DNA of 64,000 nt from Candidatus Campbellbacteria bacterium GW2011_OD1_34_28 (GTDB lineage Bacteria > Patescibacteriota > Minisyncoccia > Phycocordibacterales > UBA12079). Both the position numbers and the translations under genes were made by a program. The stretch covers positions 32,148-96,147 of the forward strand of contig CP011215.1 in assembly GCA_001029775.1 (NCBI GenBank). The letters are read 5' to 3'. Shown here piece by piece: positions 36,875 through 47,215 of this stretch. The notes under the pieces were generated by a model. It was not told where the DNA came from. It worked only from the letters and a program-made list of their open reading frames with translations, and did not search any database. The first letter of the stretch is position 1. Each line of letters begins with the position of its first letter.

Positions 36875-38509
36875 TTATTCCAAAAACAATCTCGCGACTC
36901 TTATCTCGTCAAAACCAAAATCATCACCCAAAATTTCTTTAACTGGGGTCAATTTTTTGTCCTTTGTTTTTTTGAATGCTTTTAATATCTTTTCTAATCT
37001 ATTTTTTTCAAAACCTTTTTTAATATAATCAATATCAATCTTTTCACCAGATTCAAGTAGCTTTTCAATATGGCCGACAATTGTTTCTTTGGTTACCTCT
37101 CTTTTATCTGCTATTTCTTGTAAAGAATTTTTTTCATCTATCAACAGTTTTGTTTTTTCGTAGGTTGAAAGACTCTCTTGTTTTTCTTCTTTTGTTGGAC
37201 TAACAAGATCCAAAAAAGTTTCTTGAATTTTTTTGACTTCATTTTCAGAAAAACTGCTCAACTCGTCAACAGCCTTTTCAGAAAACAATAATAATTTTTT
37301 ATCTAATTCAGAAACTTCTTTGTTGATCCTTAGGGCAATATCATTCAAACCCATCAGTCTCAAACCTTCTATTTTTTTTACACGAGAAAGAGCCACATAC
37401 CCCATTCCCTCAACAAAAGATTTTGATAAATCAATTTCTGCACAGTCCAAACTCATTCCCTGACTTTTATGAATCGTAATTGCCCACGCCAAACGCAAAG
37501 GAATTTGTTTTAATTCTGCTTTTATTTTTCCATCTTCATCAATTACCCAAGATTCTTCTTCTACCTCGATTATCCTTCCGTCGTATGTTTTAACAATCGG
37601 CAATCCTCCGGCGCTAAAATCTATGACTTTGCCGAGTGTTCCATTTACATACTTCTTGATGGGATTATTTTTTAAAAACATAACAACAGCACCTTTTTTC
37701 AACCTCAATTCTTCTTGTGCCAAACAGCTCTTTTTCAATGTCTCTACCAATTTTCTATTACCTTTGGTATGCATTTCAAAAATCTTTAGGGAACCTTCTA
37801 TCAAATCCAGCTGTTGATTGTTTATGATATCAATATCAGCATTATGTGTGTAAAGTTTTGTAGGAACTATTTCCGAATTAATTTGTTTTTTATACCGAAG
37901 TCTCAAAGGAGCCAACACATTTTCTCCTGCATTATCTTGCCTGATATTATTCAAAATATTTGTCAGAGTATCACAATCTTGACGATATTGTTCATCAAGA
38001 TAACAAACCTTCAAATCCATATCATTCCAAACATTTGCCTTATTTATAAAACAAAATCCTTCATTGTTTTTACTTATCGGAGGCAGTTGAAAAAAATCTC
38101 CAGACAAAATAACTTGCATTCCACCAAAAGGAAAATCTTTTTGTCTAAAAGCTCTGCAAACTTTGTCTATCAAATCCAAACGATAATGATGCAACATAGA
38201 CACCTCGTCTATTATCAAAACTTTTGTATTTTGAAATCTTTTTGCTAGATGACTTTTTTGTAAAAGAGAATCCATCTCCCATTCATTTAAATCATCGTTT
38301 ATTCCTATCCCTGCCCAAGAATGAATTGTCATCCCGCCCAGATGAGTAGAAGCAATCCCAGTTGATGCCGTTACCGCTACACTAACATCATTTTCTTTCA
38401 AAAAATTTATATATTCATTAAGGAGATATGTTTTTCCACTACCAGCAGCACCCGTTAAATAAACATTGTGACCCATTTTTAAGATTTCTAGTGCCTCTTT
38501 TTGTTTCAT
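36875..38509 (-). CDS. PIF1-like SF1B helicase with C-terminal HTH
   Basis: TGAAGSGKT, TASTGIA, IIDEVSM, GDFFQLPP, LAWAITIHKSQGMSL, YVALSR; RecQ-like HTH tail (IADKREVTKETIVGH). Confidence 0.92.
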   Translation of the reverse strand: MKQKEALEILKMGHNVYLTGAAGSGKTYLLNEYINFLKENDVSVAVTASTGIASTHLGGMTIHSWAGIGINDDLNEWEMDSLLQKSHLAKRFQNTKVLIIDEVSMLHHYRLDLIDKVCRAFRQKDFPFGGMQVILSGDFFQLPPISKNNEGFCFINKANVWNDMDLKVCYLDEQYRQDCDTLTNILNNIRQDNAGENVLAPLRLRYKKQINSEIVPTKLYTHNADIDIINNQQLDLIEGSLKIFEMHTKGNRKLVETLKKSCLAQEELRLKKGAVVMFLKNNPIKKYVNGTLGKVIDFSAGGLPIVKTYDGRIIEVEEESWVIDEDGKIKAELKQIPLRLAWAITIHKSQGMSLDCAEIDLSKSFVEGMGYVALSRVKKIEGLRLMGLNDIALRINKEVSELDKKLLLFSEKAVDELSSFSENEVKKIQETFLDLVSPTKEEKQESLSTYEKTKLLIDEKNSLQEIADKREVTKETIVGHIEKLLESGEKIDIDYIKKGFEKNRLEKILKAFKKTKDKKLTPVKEILGDDFGFDEIRVARLFLE

Positions 38510-38561
38510 AAAAGTAAGTATAAAGTTAAAAGTTTATAAAGTCTATAAAGTTATTTAAATT

Positions 38562-38592
38562 AAACAAAAATCGCCAAAGGCGATTTTTGTTT
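38562..38592 (-). terminator. Terminator after secA
   Basis: AAACAAAAATCGCC-AAA-GGCGATTTTTGTTT. Confidence 0.75.
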
Positions 38593-38626
38593 TCTACATT
38601 CGTTCTTGCTACCTACTACTTTTTAC

Positions 38627-41158
38627 TTATTTCCCGTGGCACTTTTTATATTTTTTGCCCGACCCACAAGGACACAAATCATTTCTTCCAATCTTTTCTT
38701 CTTCCCCTTTTACAATAGGTTGTTGATTTTTTTCTGTACCAGATCCTTCTTGTTCTGCAATATTTTTTGCACTCTCATGAGTCGCTTTCAATTGTTGTTG
38801 TTCTCTAACAAAAGCCCCCTCTCCCATACTTGGCAAAAAGTGCAAAATCTTTTCGTTGATCACCCACTGCATTTCTTTAAACATAGTCAGTCCCTCTCTC
38901 TTGTATTCTACAAGAGGGTCTCTTTGGCCATAAGCACGCAAGTTAACAGACGATCTCAAATAATCCATTACTTCTAGATGTTCCACCCAAAGCATGTCAG
39001 TTGTCTGCAAAAGCAATCTTCTCATTACCGTAAAAAATTCTGCTTCCCCCAAAGTATCTTTTTTGTCTTGAACAAGTTTTTCCATTTCTTCTTTTGTGCC
39101 AAAAACCTCGTTTGCCAAAGCAATTGTTCTAGGAGAATAAACATCCTCAATTATTTCATTCAAAAAATCGGAGATCTCTTCATTTGCTCCAAACAAAATT
39201 CTTCTTCTCTTTTCATAAACAATTTTTCTTTGGAAATTTAAAACATCGTCATATTGTAAAACATGTTTTCTTGAATCAAAGTTGAATCCTTCTATTTTTG
39301 TCTGAGCCGATTCCAAAGAACGAGTAATCATTTTGTTTTGTATCGGTTCGTCTTCTGGAATACCCAATCTGCCCATCATGTTTTTTACCATGTCAGATGC
39401 GAATATCCTCATTAGAGAGTCCTCCAAAGAAACAAAAAATTGTGTTTCTCCTGGATCGCCCTGTCTTCCCGAACGACCTCGCAACTGATTATCAATTCTC
39501 CTTGAATCATGTCTTTCAGTACCGATAACAAACAAACCACCCAAAGATTTTACTTCTTCATATTTTGTCTTATCAAAAGGTACACCTCCTAGTTTGATAT
39601 CTACTCCACGACCTGCCATATTGGTTGCAATAGTTACTCTGCCCTTTTCTCCAGCACGAGCGACGATCTCTCCTTCTCTCTCGTGATTTTTTGCATTCAA
39701 CAATTCGTGTTTTACTCCTTCTGCTTTCAAATATTGTGAAAGCAATTCATTTTTTTCAATAGAAACAGTACCAATCAAAACAGGTTGGCCGTTTTTATTT
39801 AATTCTTTTATCTTTTTAGCAAGCGCTTTAAATTTTCCTGTCTCTGTTTGAAAAATCAAATCATCTCTGTCTATTCTCTTTATTTCCCTATGTGTTGGAG
39901 CAACAGTTGTTTCCAAACCATAAACTTTATAAAATTCTTCTGCCGATGTTTTGGCTGTACCTGTCATACCCGACAATTTTTTGTATAGGCGGAAATAATT
40001 TTGGAAAGTAATAGAAGCGAAGGTACGAGATTCTTTTTGAACTTTCAGCCCTTCCTTTGCTTCAATCGCTTGGTGTAAACCATCAGACCATCTTCTTCCT
40101 GGTTGCATACGACCAGTAAATTCATCCACGATAACAACCTCGCCTTCTCTTACAACATATTCTTTGTTTGCACTGAACAAAGCCTTTGCTCTGACCGCTG
40201 TTTCCAAATGGTGAACAAATTTAATTCCTCTCTCTGTATAAATATTTTCTATTCCCAAAAACTTCTCCGCTTTCTCAATTCCCAAATCTGTCATCTTTAT
40301 TGCTTTGTATTTTTCTTCAACGGTAAAATCTTGGTCTTTTATCATTGTCTGCGCAATCTTTGCAAATTTTGCGTAAAGATCTTCTGACTCTGTTGTCGGA
40401 GCAGAAATAATCAACGGAGTTCTCGCCTCATCAATCAAAATAGAATCTATCTCGTCTACAATCGCAAAATTGTAACCACGTTGACGGATTTCTTCTTTTC
40501 TATATTCAATATTGTCTCTCAAATAATCAAAACCAAATTCATTGTTTGTTCCATAAGTGATATCAGCATCGTATGCCTGTTGTCTTGTACAGGGACGCAA
40601 AAATTCATTTACAACTTTGTATGATCCCTCTTCGTCTCTTTCTTCATCCAACTCTTTGTGGTTGGGGTCATAAATATAAGAAGCTTCACTGTTTATTATT
40701 CCAACGCTCAATCCCAAAAATGAATAAATCTGTCCCATCCAAACGGCATCTCTTCGTGAAAGATAATCGTTTACCGTAACAACGTGAACTCCTTTTCCTG
40801 AAAGTGCATTTAAATAAACTGGCAAGGTCGCTACCAAAGTTTTTCCTTCTCCTGTTCTCATCTCGGCGATTCTTCCTTGATGCAAAATAACACCTCCGAT
40901 CAACTGAACATCATAATGCCTTTCATTCAAATTTCTTTTTGATGTTTCTCGAACAACAGCAAAAGCTTCGGGAAGTAAATTATCCAACGCTTCTCCCTCT
41001 TTTAATCTATTCTTAAATTCTTGTGTTTTTGCTTTCAAATCATCATCGGACAAAGAAGAAACCTCGCTTTCAAGAGAATTTATTTTTTCTACGATTGGTT
41101 GTATTTTTTTCAAATACTTTTTATTTTCGTCACCAAAAATGTTCTTAATATTCATCAT
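38627..41158 (-). CDS. secA: Preprotein translocase ATPase SecA
   Basis: MRTGEGKT, VTVNDYL, IVDEIDSILIDEARTPLIIS, IATNMAGRG, RIDNQLRGRSGRQGDPG, SEC-C GRND.CPCGSGKKYKKCHG. Confidence 0.98.
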   Translation of the reverse strand: MMNIKNIFGDENKKYLKKIQPIVEKINSLESEVSSLSDDDLKAKTQEFKNRLKEGEALDNLLPEAFAVVRETSKRNLNERHYDVQLIGGVILHQGRIAEMRTGEGKTLVATLPVYLNALSGKGVHVVTVNDYLSRRDAVWMGQIYSFLGLSVGIINSEASYIYDPNHKELDEERDEEGSYKVVNEFLRPCTRQQAYDADITYGTNNEFGFDYLRDNIEYRKEEIRQRGYNFAIVDEIDSILIDEARTPLIISAPTTESEDLYAKFAKIAQTMIKDQDFTVEEKYKAIKMTDLGIEKAEKFLGIENIYTERGIKFVHHLETAVRAKALFSANKEYVVREGEVVIVDEFTGRMQPGRRWSDGLHQAIEAKEGLKVQKESRTFASITFQNYFRLYKKLSGMTGTAKTSAEEFYKVYGLETTVAPTHREIKRIDRDDLIFQTETGKFKALAKKIKELNKNGQPVLIGTVSIEKNELLSQYLKAEGVKHELLNAKNHEREGEIVARAGEKGRVTIATNMAGRGVDIKLGGVPFDKTKYEEVKSLGGLFVIGTERHDSRRIDNQLRGRSGRQGDPGETQFFVSLEDSLMRIFASDMVKNMMGRLGIPEDEPIQNKMITRSLESAQTKIEGFNFDSRKHVLQYDDVLNFQRKIVYEKRRRILFGANEEISDFLNEIIEDVYSPRTIALANEVFGTKEEMEKLVQDKKDTLGEAEFFTVMRRLLLQTTDMLWVEHLEVMDYLRSSVNLRAYGQRDPLVEYKREGLTMFKEMQWVINEKILHFLPSMGEGAFVREQQQLKATHESAKNIAEQEGSGTEKNQQPIVKGEEEKIGRNDLCPCGSGKKYKKCHGK

Positions 41159-41235
41159 TTATTTTTTTAGCTTTAAATTACGAAATACTCTGGGTAGCAA
41201 TATTGCTTAAATTTTCTCTCAAAAAATTAAAAGTG

Positions 41236-41415
41236 CTATCGCTCGCGAAGAGAAACGAGGACATCGTGGATCGCGTCGCTTCGCTCGCGAAGACGAATTT
41301 TCTGAAAGAAAATTCGTTGACGAAGTTGGGCTTTGCCCAACTTTGTCTTTGCGAGCCTTGGCGAAGCAATCCACGTCGTCGTTCGTCTTTGCGAGCCTTG
41401 GCGAAGCAATCCAGT
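41236..41415. repeat. REP/RPE-like palindromic array, copy 4
   Basis: TGGATCGCGTCGCTTCGCTCGCGAAGAC, two GACGAA-based hairpins and a tandem pair of GTCTTTGCGAGCCTTGGCGAAGCAATCCA. Confidence 0.85.
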
Positions 41416-41451
41416 TTCGTAATTCAAAGTTCTTTTATTACAGCATATACT

Positions 41452-42486
41452 TTACCACATAACGACTTCTGTTTCTATGTTTATCCCTGTTTTCTCTTTT
41501 ACATCTTTGGCTATTTTTTCTACAAGATTTTTTACATCTTTTGCTGTGGCATTCCCGTGATTAATCACAATCAAAGAATGTTTTTCAAAAATCCCCGCTT
41601 CCCCATCTTTGTAACCCTTCCAACCAAACTGTTCCAAAAGATGGCCAAGTGGAATTTTATGTTCTCCTTGCAGAGAAGTATTACATCCTATATCAATTTT
41701 ATAATGTGGCATATCAGGAGAGATTTTTTTAAGGGCGAACAATGTCTCACTATTGACGACAGGAAGTTTAAAGAAAGATCCGGCTGTTCCAAATTGTTTT
41801 AAATCAGGAAGTTTATTTTTTCTAATGAAAAGTAATATCTCTCTCATCTTTCCAAGGCTAACATTTTTCTCTTCCAAATTATTTTCTTTCAAATAATTTT
41901 TTACATCTTTGTAGTCCAAATTTAATGTGCCTTCTTTTTTTAAAACAAAATTTACTCTCAGAATAATATATTTCTTCCCCTCCTCTGTTTTAAAAATACT
42001 GTGTCTATAAATAAAATCACACTGTTTGTTAGTTAAAATCTCAATTTCCAAAGTTTCTATATTAAACACTTCGACACTCTCCACAGAATCCTTAACCTCT
42101 GCACCATAACATTCAATATTTTGAACAACACTCGCTCCGACCGTTCCAGGAATATAAGAGAGATTTTCTAAACCATATAGATTTTTGTCTACAGTTTGTT
42201 GGACCAAATCATCCCAAACCTCTCCTGCTCCCACAATCACTTGGGACTCCGAATCCCAAGTGACTCCTTTTATTTCAATTTTCAAAACCAAACCGTCTAC
42301 GCCTTCATCAGAAATCAAAAGATTGGATCCTCCGCCCAATATATAGAGAGGCAGTTGATTTTGCTTCGCAAAAATCACTGCGCCTTTCAAGTCCTCTTCA
42401 TTTTTTATAACAGCAAAATATCTAGCGCATCCGCCAATTTTAAAAGTAGTATAATCCGCAAGCAAAACATTTTCTTCAATATTCAT
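41452..42486 (-). CDS. murB: UDP-N-acetylenolpyruvoylglucosamine reductase
   Basis: TTFKIGG, LGGGSNLL, GLENLS.IPGTVGA..VQNI..YG, YRHS.FK, AGSFFK.P, HSLIVIN.G.AT. Confidence 0.95.
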   Translation of the reverse strand: MNIEENVLLADYTTFKIGGCARYFAVIKNEEDLKGAVIFAKQNQLPLYILGGGSNLLISDEGVDGLVLKIEIKGVTWDSESQVIVGAGEVWDDLVQQTVDKNLYGLENLSYIPGTVGASVVQNIECYGAEVKDSVESVEVFNIETLEIEILTNKQCDFIYRHSIFKTEEGKKYIILRVNFVLKKEGTLNLDYKDVKNYLKENNLEEKNVSLGKMREILLFIRKNKLPDLKQFGTAGSFFKLPVVNSETLFALKKISPDMPHYKIDIGCNTSLQGEHKIPLGHLLEQFGWKGYKDGEAGIFEKHSLIVINHGNATAKDVKNLVEKIAKDVKEKTGINIETEVVMW

Positions 42487-42502
42487 ATAAAAACATTATA
42501 AC

Positions 42503-42538
42503 AAAAAACACCAGATTTTATAAAATCTGGTGTTTTTT
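42503..42538. terminator. Palindromic terminator-like element
   Basis: AAAAAACACCAGATTTTATAAAATCTGGTGTTTTTT. Confidence 0.65.
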
Positions 42539-42579
42539 TACTTTATGAACTTTATAACTTTACAAACTTTATAAACTTC

Positions 42580-44760
42580 TTACGGTCTTCTCCCTGCCCT
42601 AATTTCACTTATATAAAATTCTCCTTGTTCTTTAAACTCTGGATTTATCTCAATTGCTTTTTGCAAAACCTCTATAGACTTTTCTCGATTGCCAATATCA
42701 AGATAGCTGGCAGCCAAAGACAAATAATTTTGTAACTCGTTAGGTCTATTTTCAACGGCAAATTCCAAAATCTTTATCAGTTTTGAATATTGTTTTGTAT
42801 CATAATAAGCTTGAATTATTCTTGGGTTGTCTACTAGAACGGTTCCAAAAGTTTCCATCAAAATTCCATCTGCCAATTCTTGGTCTCCTAGACGAATAGC
42901 ATTTGCAGCATAATAAGCGGCTGCATCCTTAAAGCTCTTGTCCAATTCATAAGCTTGTTTGTAATAAACCAAAGCCTCTTCGCTCTTTTCTTGCAACTGC
43001 AAAACAGTTCCCGTCATAAACAAAATTGATTGTTTGTTTGGGGACAACTCACTCGCTCTCATAAAATGGGGCAAGGAATCATCATATGCACCAAAGCTAG
43101 ATAGCAATGTTCCCGCAATAACTTCTGTTCTTGCATTGTTTGGATCTCTTTCAATTTCTTTTAACATTTCTGCAAAAGCAAAATCGGCAACTCCTTGTTT
43201 GATTTCTGTAGTAGTGTCGGCAGATGCAACTTGAATTGCAAATTGTGCTAACTGTTCACGAACCTCTTGATTTCCAAAAGATTCATAAGACAAAGATTTT
43301 TGATAATTCTCCAAGTTAACATTTATATTTCCTTGTGGTCGCAATGCTTCCAATAGATGATAAGCCGTAAAAAATCCTTTTGTATTTACAAAATAAATTG
43401 AACCAAACATAACAACAACAATTACAGGCATTGCAACAAAATATTTTTTGTCACCAATCACTTTCTCATAATTAAACAAAATCCTTCCAGAATTTAAATT
43501 GTGCAAATAAGCAAGTAACGAGAAAAACAAAATATAACTGATCAGGTTATCAAACACAAAGAAATTGTGAATAAAATATCCTGCAAGCAATCCAATCAAA
43601 ATTGCTTTTTCTATCAGAGAGAAATGAGAATTTTTATCTCTAATCAAATAATACAAAATTGCAAAAAACAAAGACAGATATCCAATCAATCCCAAAATAC
43701 CACCCGCAATCAACCAATCAAAGAAAACATTGTGAGTTCTATCAAACCATTGCTCTTGATCATACATTCCGGGGTCATAATACTTGTTGAATACATAGTT
43801 AAAGTTTTCCTGTCCCCAACCCAATATAGGTCTTTCTTTAAAACCTTGAAATGCCATATCCCAAACCAAAAAACGAGATTTGGTTGTTGTTTCTTGCAAA
43901 GAGATATTGGCAAATCTATTCAACACAGGACTATTCTGAACAAAACTACTATCTTTCACCAAAATAAAACCTCCAACAAACAAAACCAAAGCAACTAATA
44001 CTCCCATAGCTATTTTCTTCAATTTTAAATTTTCTTTTTCAAACAAAGAAATTATAATCGCCGATATCATCAATCCCACAAGCAATCCCAAAATTGCTCC
44101 TCTAGTAGCGGTGTAATACAAAATCACTGTTTCCAAAACAATTACCAAACCGTACAGATAAGAAATCATATTCAAACCTTTTCTTTTTGCCAACATAAAG
44201 ATCGTCAAGAAAATATGCACGAGCAAATAAACGGCAAAGTAAGCCGAGTTTCCAAATGTTGCATCAAGACGAACACCTCCTTGGTGAACTTCTAATACTC
44301 CCAGCAACTGCATAACCCCGTAAAGAGAAAGACCAACACTGGCAACAATAGATGTATTCAAAAATCTTGCCCAAAGTTTTGAAGATGTCAAAACGCTTCC
44401 GACAACAACCAAATATCCAAAAAGGTGAACCAAAGTTACCCAACCCTCCATTCTTTCAAAATTACTCCAAATACTTTTCAAAGGATTTACTCCCATAAAA
44501 TCTGAAAGTCCAATCAAAGCAACAAAAATTGCCGAAAAAACCAATATCAGAGAATTCTTTAATCTGTACTCAGGATTGCGAAGTGAAAGAATCAGCCATA
44601 ACCCGATCATTATCTCTACCAAAATTCTAAAAACAAAAGCTTTTCCTGTTATAAAAGGAAAAAACAAATTTCCATAAACAACGAAAGGAATAAAAGGAAC
44701 TAAAAATATCGCCGTGAATAAAATGTATTTAAGTATATTATCTATTTTTGCCAAATTCAT
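42580..44760 (-). CDS. O-antigen ligase (Wzy_C) family protein with C-terminal TPR repeats
   Basis: Multi-TM; ATFGNSAY.A.YL, TATRGA, R...W......ERP.LGWG.ENF, DRTHN..D....G..G; TPR-like C-terminal helices. Confidence 0.88.
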   Translation of the reverse strand: MNLAKIDNILKYILFTAIFLVPFIPFVVYGNLFFPFITGKAFVFRILVEIMIGLWLILSLRNPEYRLKNSLILVFSAIFVALIGLSDFMGVNPLKSIWSNFERMEGWVTLVHLFGYLVVVGSVLTSSKLWARFLNTSIVASVGLSLYGVMQLLGVLEVHQGGVRLDATFGNSAYFAVYLLVHIFLTIFMLAKRKGLNMISYLYGLVIVLETVILYYTATRGAILGLLVGLMISAIIISLFEKENLKLKKIAMGVLVALVLFVGGFILVKDSSFVQNSPVLNRFANISLQETTTKSRFLVWDMAFQGFKERPILGWGQENFNYVFNKYYDPGMYDQEQWFDRTHNVFFDWLIAGGILGLIGYLSLFFAILYYLIRDKNSHFSLIEKAILIGLLAGYFIHNFFVFDNLISYILFFSLLAYLHNLNSGRILFNYEKVIGDKKYFVAMPVIVVVMFGSIYFVNTKGFFTAYHLLEALRPQGNINVNLENYQKSLSYESFGNQEVREQLAQFAIQVASADTTTEIKQGVADFAFAEMLKEIERDPNNARTEVIAGTLLSSFGAYDDSLPHFMRASELSPNKQSILFMTGTVLQLQEKSEEALVYYKQAYELDKSFKDAAAYYAANAIRLGDQELADGILMETFGTVLVDNPRIIQAYYDTKQYSKLIKILEFAVENRPNELQNYLSLAASYLDIGNREKSIEVLQKAIEINPEFKEQGEFYISEIRAGRRP

Positions 44761-44844
44761 ACCGTTAAAATGATTAAAATTATTAATAAATATGTATTTT
44801 CATAAATGATAGCATAATGATAAGATTAAGACATCTTTACATCC

Positions 44845-46104
44845 ATGAAAAAAATTATAGAAAATTACAGAAATAAAACCTACAAATTCCTCCGCTGGAG
44901 CGAAAAATGGACCAAAACAGACATGATATACCTCACCAAAGGCGGTTTTTGGCTTACACTAGGACAAATTTTTTCTTCTATATCAGGATTGCTTTTAGCG
45001 ATTGCATTTGCCCACTTCATCCCCCAAGAAATTTACGGAAATTACAAATATATATTATCTCTTGTCGGAATTTTAAGTGCCCTATCTCTTTCAGGAATTG
45101 GTGTATCTATAACACAAAATGTTGCTCGTGGTTTTGAAGGATCTCTGGAACAAGGTTTTTGGGAAAATCTTCGTTGGGGAATATTAGTGATATTAGCATC
45201 GTTAGGTGGTTTCATTTATTATTTTTTAAATGAAAATTATACTATCGCCTATTCTCTATTAATAGCAGGAACAACATACCCTATATTACAAAGTGCTTCT
45301 TTTTATGGATCATTTTTGGGAGGGAAAAGAGAATTCAAAGCTTCAACAATAATAGGAATATTTAGAAGTATCATTCCAGCGTTTCTAATTTTTCTAACAA
45401 TTGTTTTTACTCAAAATCTACTTGCTATTATTACAGTCTATTCTTTATCCCACGCCATAACAGCTTTGTTTTTTTATTTTTACACTATTAAAAAATTTAA
45501 GCCAAACAACAAAATAGATGAAAAAAATATAAATTTTGGAAAACATTTAAGTTTAATGGGTTCGCTTGGTACAGTCGCCGACAACCTGGAAAGCATTTTA
45601 ATTTTCCATTTTTTTGGAGGCGCTCAGTTGGCAGTTTATACTTTTGCTACCGCTCTTCCAAAACAATTTAATTTTTTAAAAAAAGCGATCCAAACAATGG
45701 CCCTACCAAAACTCAGCCAAAAATCAATTCCTGAACTGAAAAAAATTCTTCCTACAAAAGTAACAATGCTTTTCTTTGCTCTTATTCCTATTGTTGGTGC
45801 GTTTATATTGTCAGCGCCTTATATATATAAAATATTTTTTCCCCAATATCTTGATTCTGTAATTTATTCTCAGGTTTTGTCTCTATATATACTTCTCTTC
45901 CCTAGTCTTTTTTACACACAGGCTTTGGTTGCTCATGCAAAAAAAAGCTACCTTTATGTAACGGGAGTTACGCTACCCATAATCCAAATAATATCTCTTC
46001 TTATTCTTCTCCCTATTTACGGAATTTGGGGAGCTGTCTTTTCAACTCTTATACTAAGACTTTCAAATTTTATAATCTCTCTCTTCTTGTTTAATAGAAT
46101 GTAA
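44845..46104 (+). CDS. Oligosaccharide flippase (Wzx/MOP family)
   Basis: About 12 TM helices, YGNYKY, YGIWGA; located in a glycan locus. Confidence 0.85.
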   Translation: MKKIIENYRNKTYKFLRWSEKWTKTDMIYLTKGGFWLTLGQIFSSISGLLLAIAFAHFIPQEIYGNYKYILSLVGILSALSLSGIGVSITQNVARGFEGSLEQGFWENLRWGILVILASLGGFIYYFLNENYTIAYSLLIAGTTYPILQSASFYGSFLGGKREFKASTIIGIFRSIIPAFLIFLTIVFTQNLLAIITVYSLSHAITALFFYFYTIKKFKPNNKIDEKNINFGKHLSLMGSLGTVADNLESILIFHFFGGAQLAVYTFATALPKQFNFLKKAIQTMALPKLSQKSIPELKKILPTKVTMLFFALIPIVGAFILSAPYIYKIFFPQYLDSVIYSQVLSLYILLFPSLFYTQALVAHAKKSYLYVTGVTLPIIQIISLLILLPIYGIWGAVFSTLILRLSNFIISLFLFNRM

Positions 46105-46109
46105 ATTAT

Positions 46110-46137
46110 AAAAGGGCGAACAAGTGTTCGCCCTTTT
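46110..46137. terminator. Bidirectional terminator
   Basis: AAAAGGGCGAACA-AG-TGTTCGCCCTTTT between convergent genes. Confidence 0.8.
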
Positions 46138-46151
46138 TCCCGCAGGACATT

Positions 46152-47024
46152 TTACTTCCTACGCAATTTTTTCTTGATGGGAACTTCGCGGTCGAGAACG
46201 ACCTTTTCGCCGTTCCCAAACCCTTCTTCAAAAACACGAATGTCGCGGATCATCAACTCGAAACCTTTCGGCTCGAGTGACGCTGCCTGATCAGACCCCC
46301 ACATCGTCCGATCCAGAGTAATGTGTCGTTCAACGACGCATGCACCCATGGCGACTGCGCACAAAGAAAGACTGATGCCTCTCTCGTGTCCACTATATCC
46401 GATGGGGTAATTCGGGTAACGCTTTTTGAGCGTGTTAATGACGGCCAAGTTGGCCTCCTCATTTTCCGATGGATATGTGGATACCGCATGCAGTATCACC
46501 AAAGGAATCTGGTGTTCAAAAAAAATTGCCACGGCCCGATCAATCTCTTCAACCGTGCTCATGCCCGTAGAAATAATCACCGGACGGTTTTTAGAAGCAA
46601 CGTGATTCAAAAGACCGATATCGGTCAAGCTCGCGGAAGCGATTTTGTGACAAGGCGGATCAAACTCATCCAGAAAATCAACGCTGGCCTCGTCCCACGG
46701 AGACGCAAACCACAAGATGCCTTTCTCTTTGCAGTAAGCATCAATTTCTTTATATCCGGCAAGGTCAAACTCGAGGCCGTATTTCAGGTCACCATTGGTC
46801 GTACCAAAAGGATTTTCCCTCGGCATTGCCAACTCTTCCTGTGTGTAGACGATATCAATCGTCCTCTTCTGAAATTTAACCGCGTCAGCACCCGCCGAAA
46901 CAGCCATATCAATGAGTTTTTTGGCAGTCTCCAAACTGCCGTTATGATTGATACCGACTTCGCCAATGATAAAACACGGCGCACCATTACCGACTTCTTT
47001 CCCTCCGATTTTGACTGATTTCAA
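46152..47024 (-). CDS. N-acetylneuraminate (nonulosonate) synthase family, NeuB-like, lacking the C-terminal SAF/AFL domain
   Basis: IIGEVGINHNG, GADAVKFQKR, KIASA, ISTGMST, STYP, GYSGHE, ERHITLDR.MWGSD..ASLEP. TTG start with GGAG RBS. Confidence 0.93.
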   Translation of the reverse strand: MKSVKIGGKEVGNGAPCFIIGEVGINHNGSLETAKKLIDMAVSAGADAVKFQKRTIDIVYTQEELAMPRENPFGTTNGDLKYGLEFDLAGYKEIDAYCKEKGILWFASPWDEASVDFLDEFDPPCHKIASASLTDIGLLNHVASKNRPVIISTGMSTVEEIDRAVAIFFEHQIPLVILHAVSTYPSENEEANLAVINTLKKRYPNYPIGYSGHERGISLSLCAVAMGACVVERHITLDRTMWGSDQAASLEPKGFELMIRDIRVFEEGFGNGEKVVLDREVPIKKKLRRK

Positions 47025-47083
47025 TTTTTTCTCCGTTCTCTGATGTTAATGTGAATAGTTCACCATACAATTTGTCTGCGCCA

Positions 47084-47157
47084 ATTAAAACACAACAAAA
47101 ATATAAAATCAATAGAAAATTTAAAGTATTGCTAAAAATAAACTCTTATGTTTTAAT
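47084..47157. promoter_or_regulatory. Putative divergent sigma70 promoters (NeuB-like and radical SAM genes)
   Basis: Minus strand TTGATT-N17-TTTAAT (47112-47084); plus strand TTGCTA-N17-TTTAAT (47129-47157). Confidence 0.45.
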
Positions 47158-47215
47158 TCACACAGAAATCAGCTCTAAAACATACTAAATATTCACAAAG
47201 TGAAAGGAGTAAAAA

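Noticed and set aside
41178-41236. Possible gene remnant between secA and the repeat array (STFNFLRENLSNIATQSIS)
   Set aside because: Too short and no recognisable homology, so it cannot be supported.
46323-47018. 231-aa antisense ORF opposite the NeuB-like gene, and other antisense ORFs in the track
   Set aside because: Shadow ORFs of well-supported genes, with no RBS or recognisable motifs.
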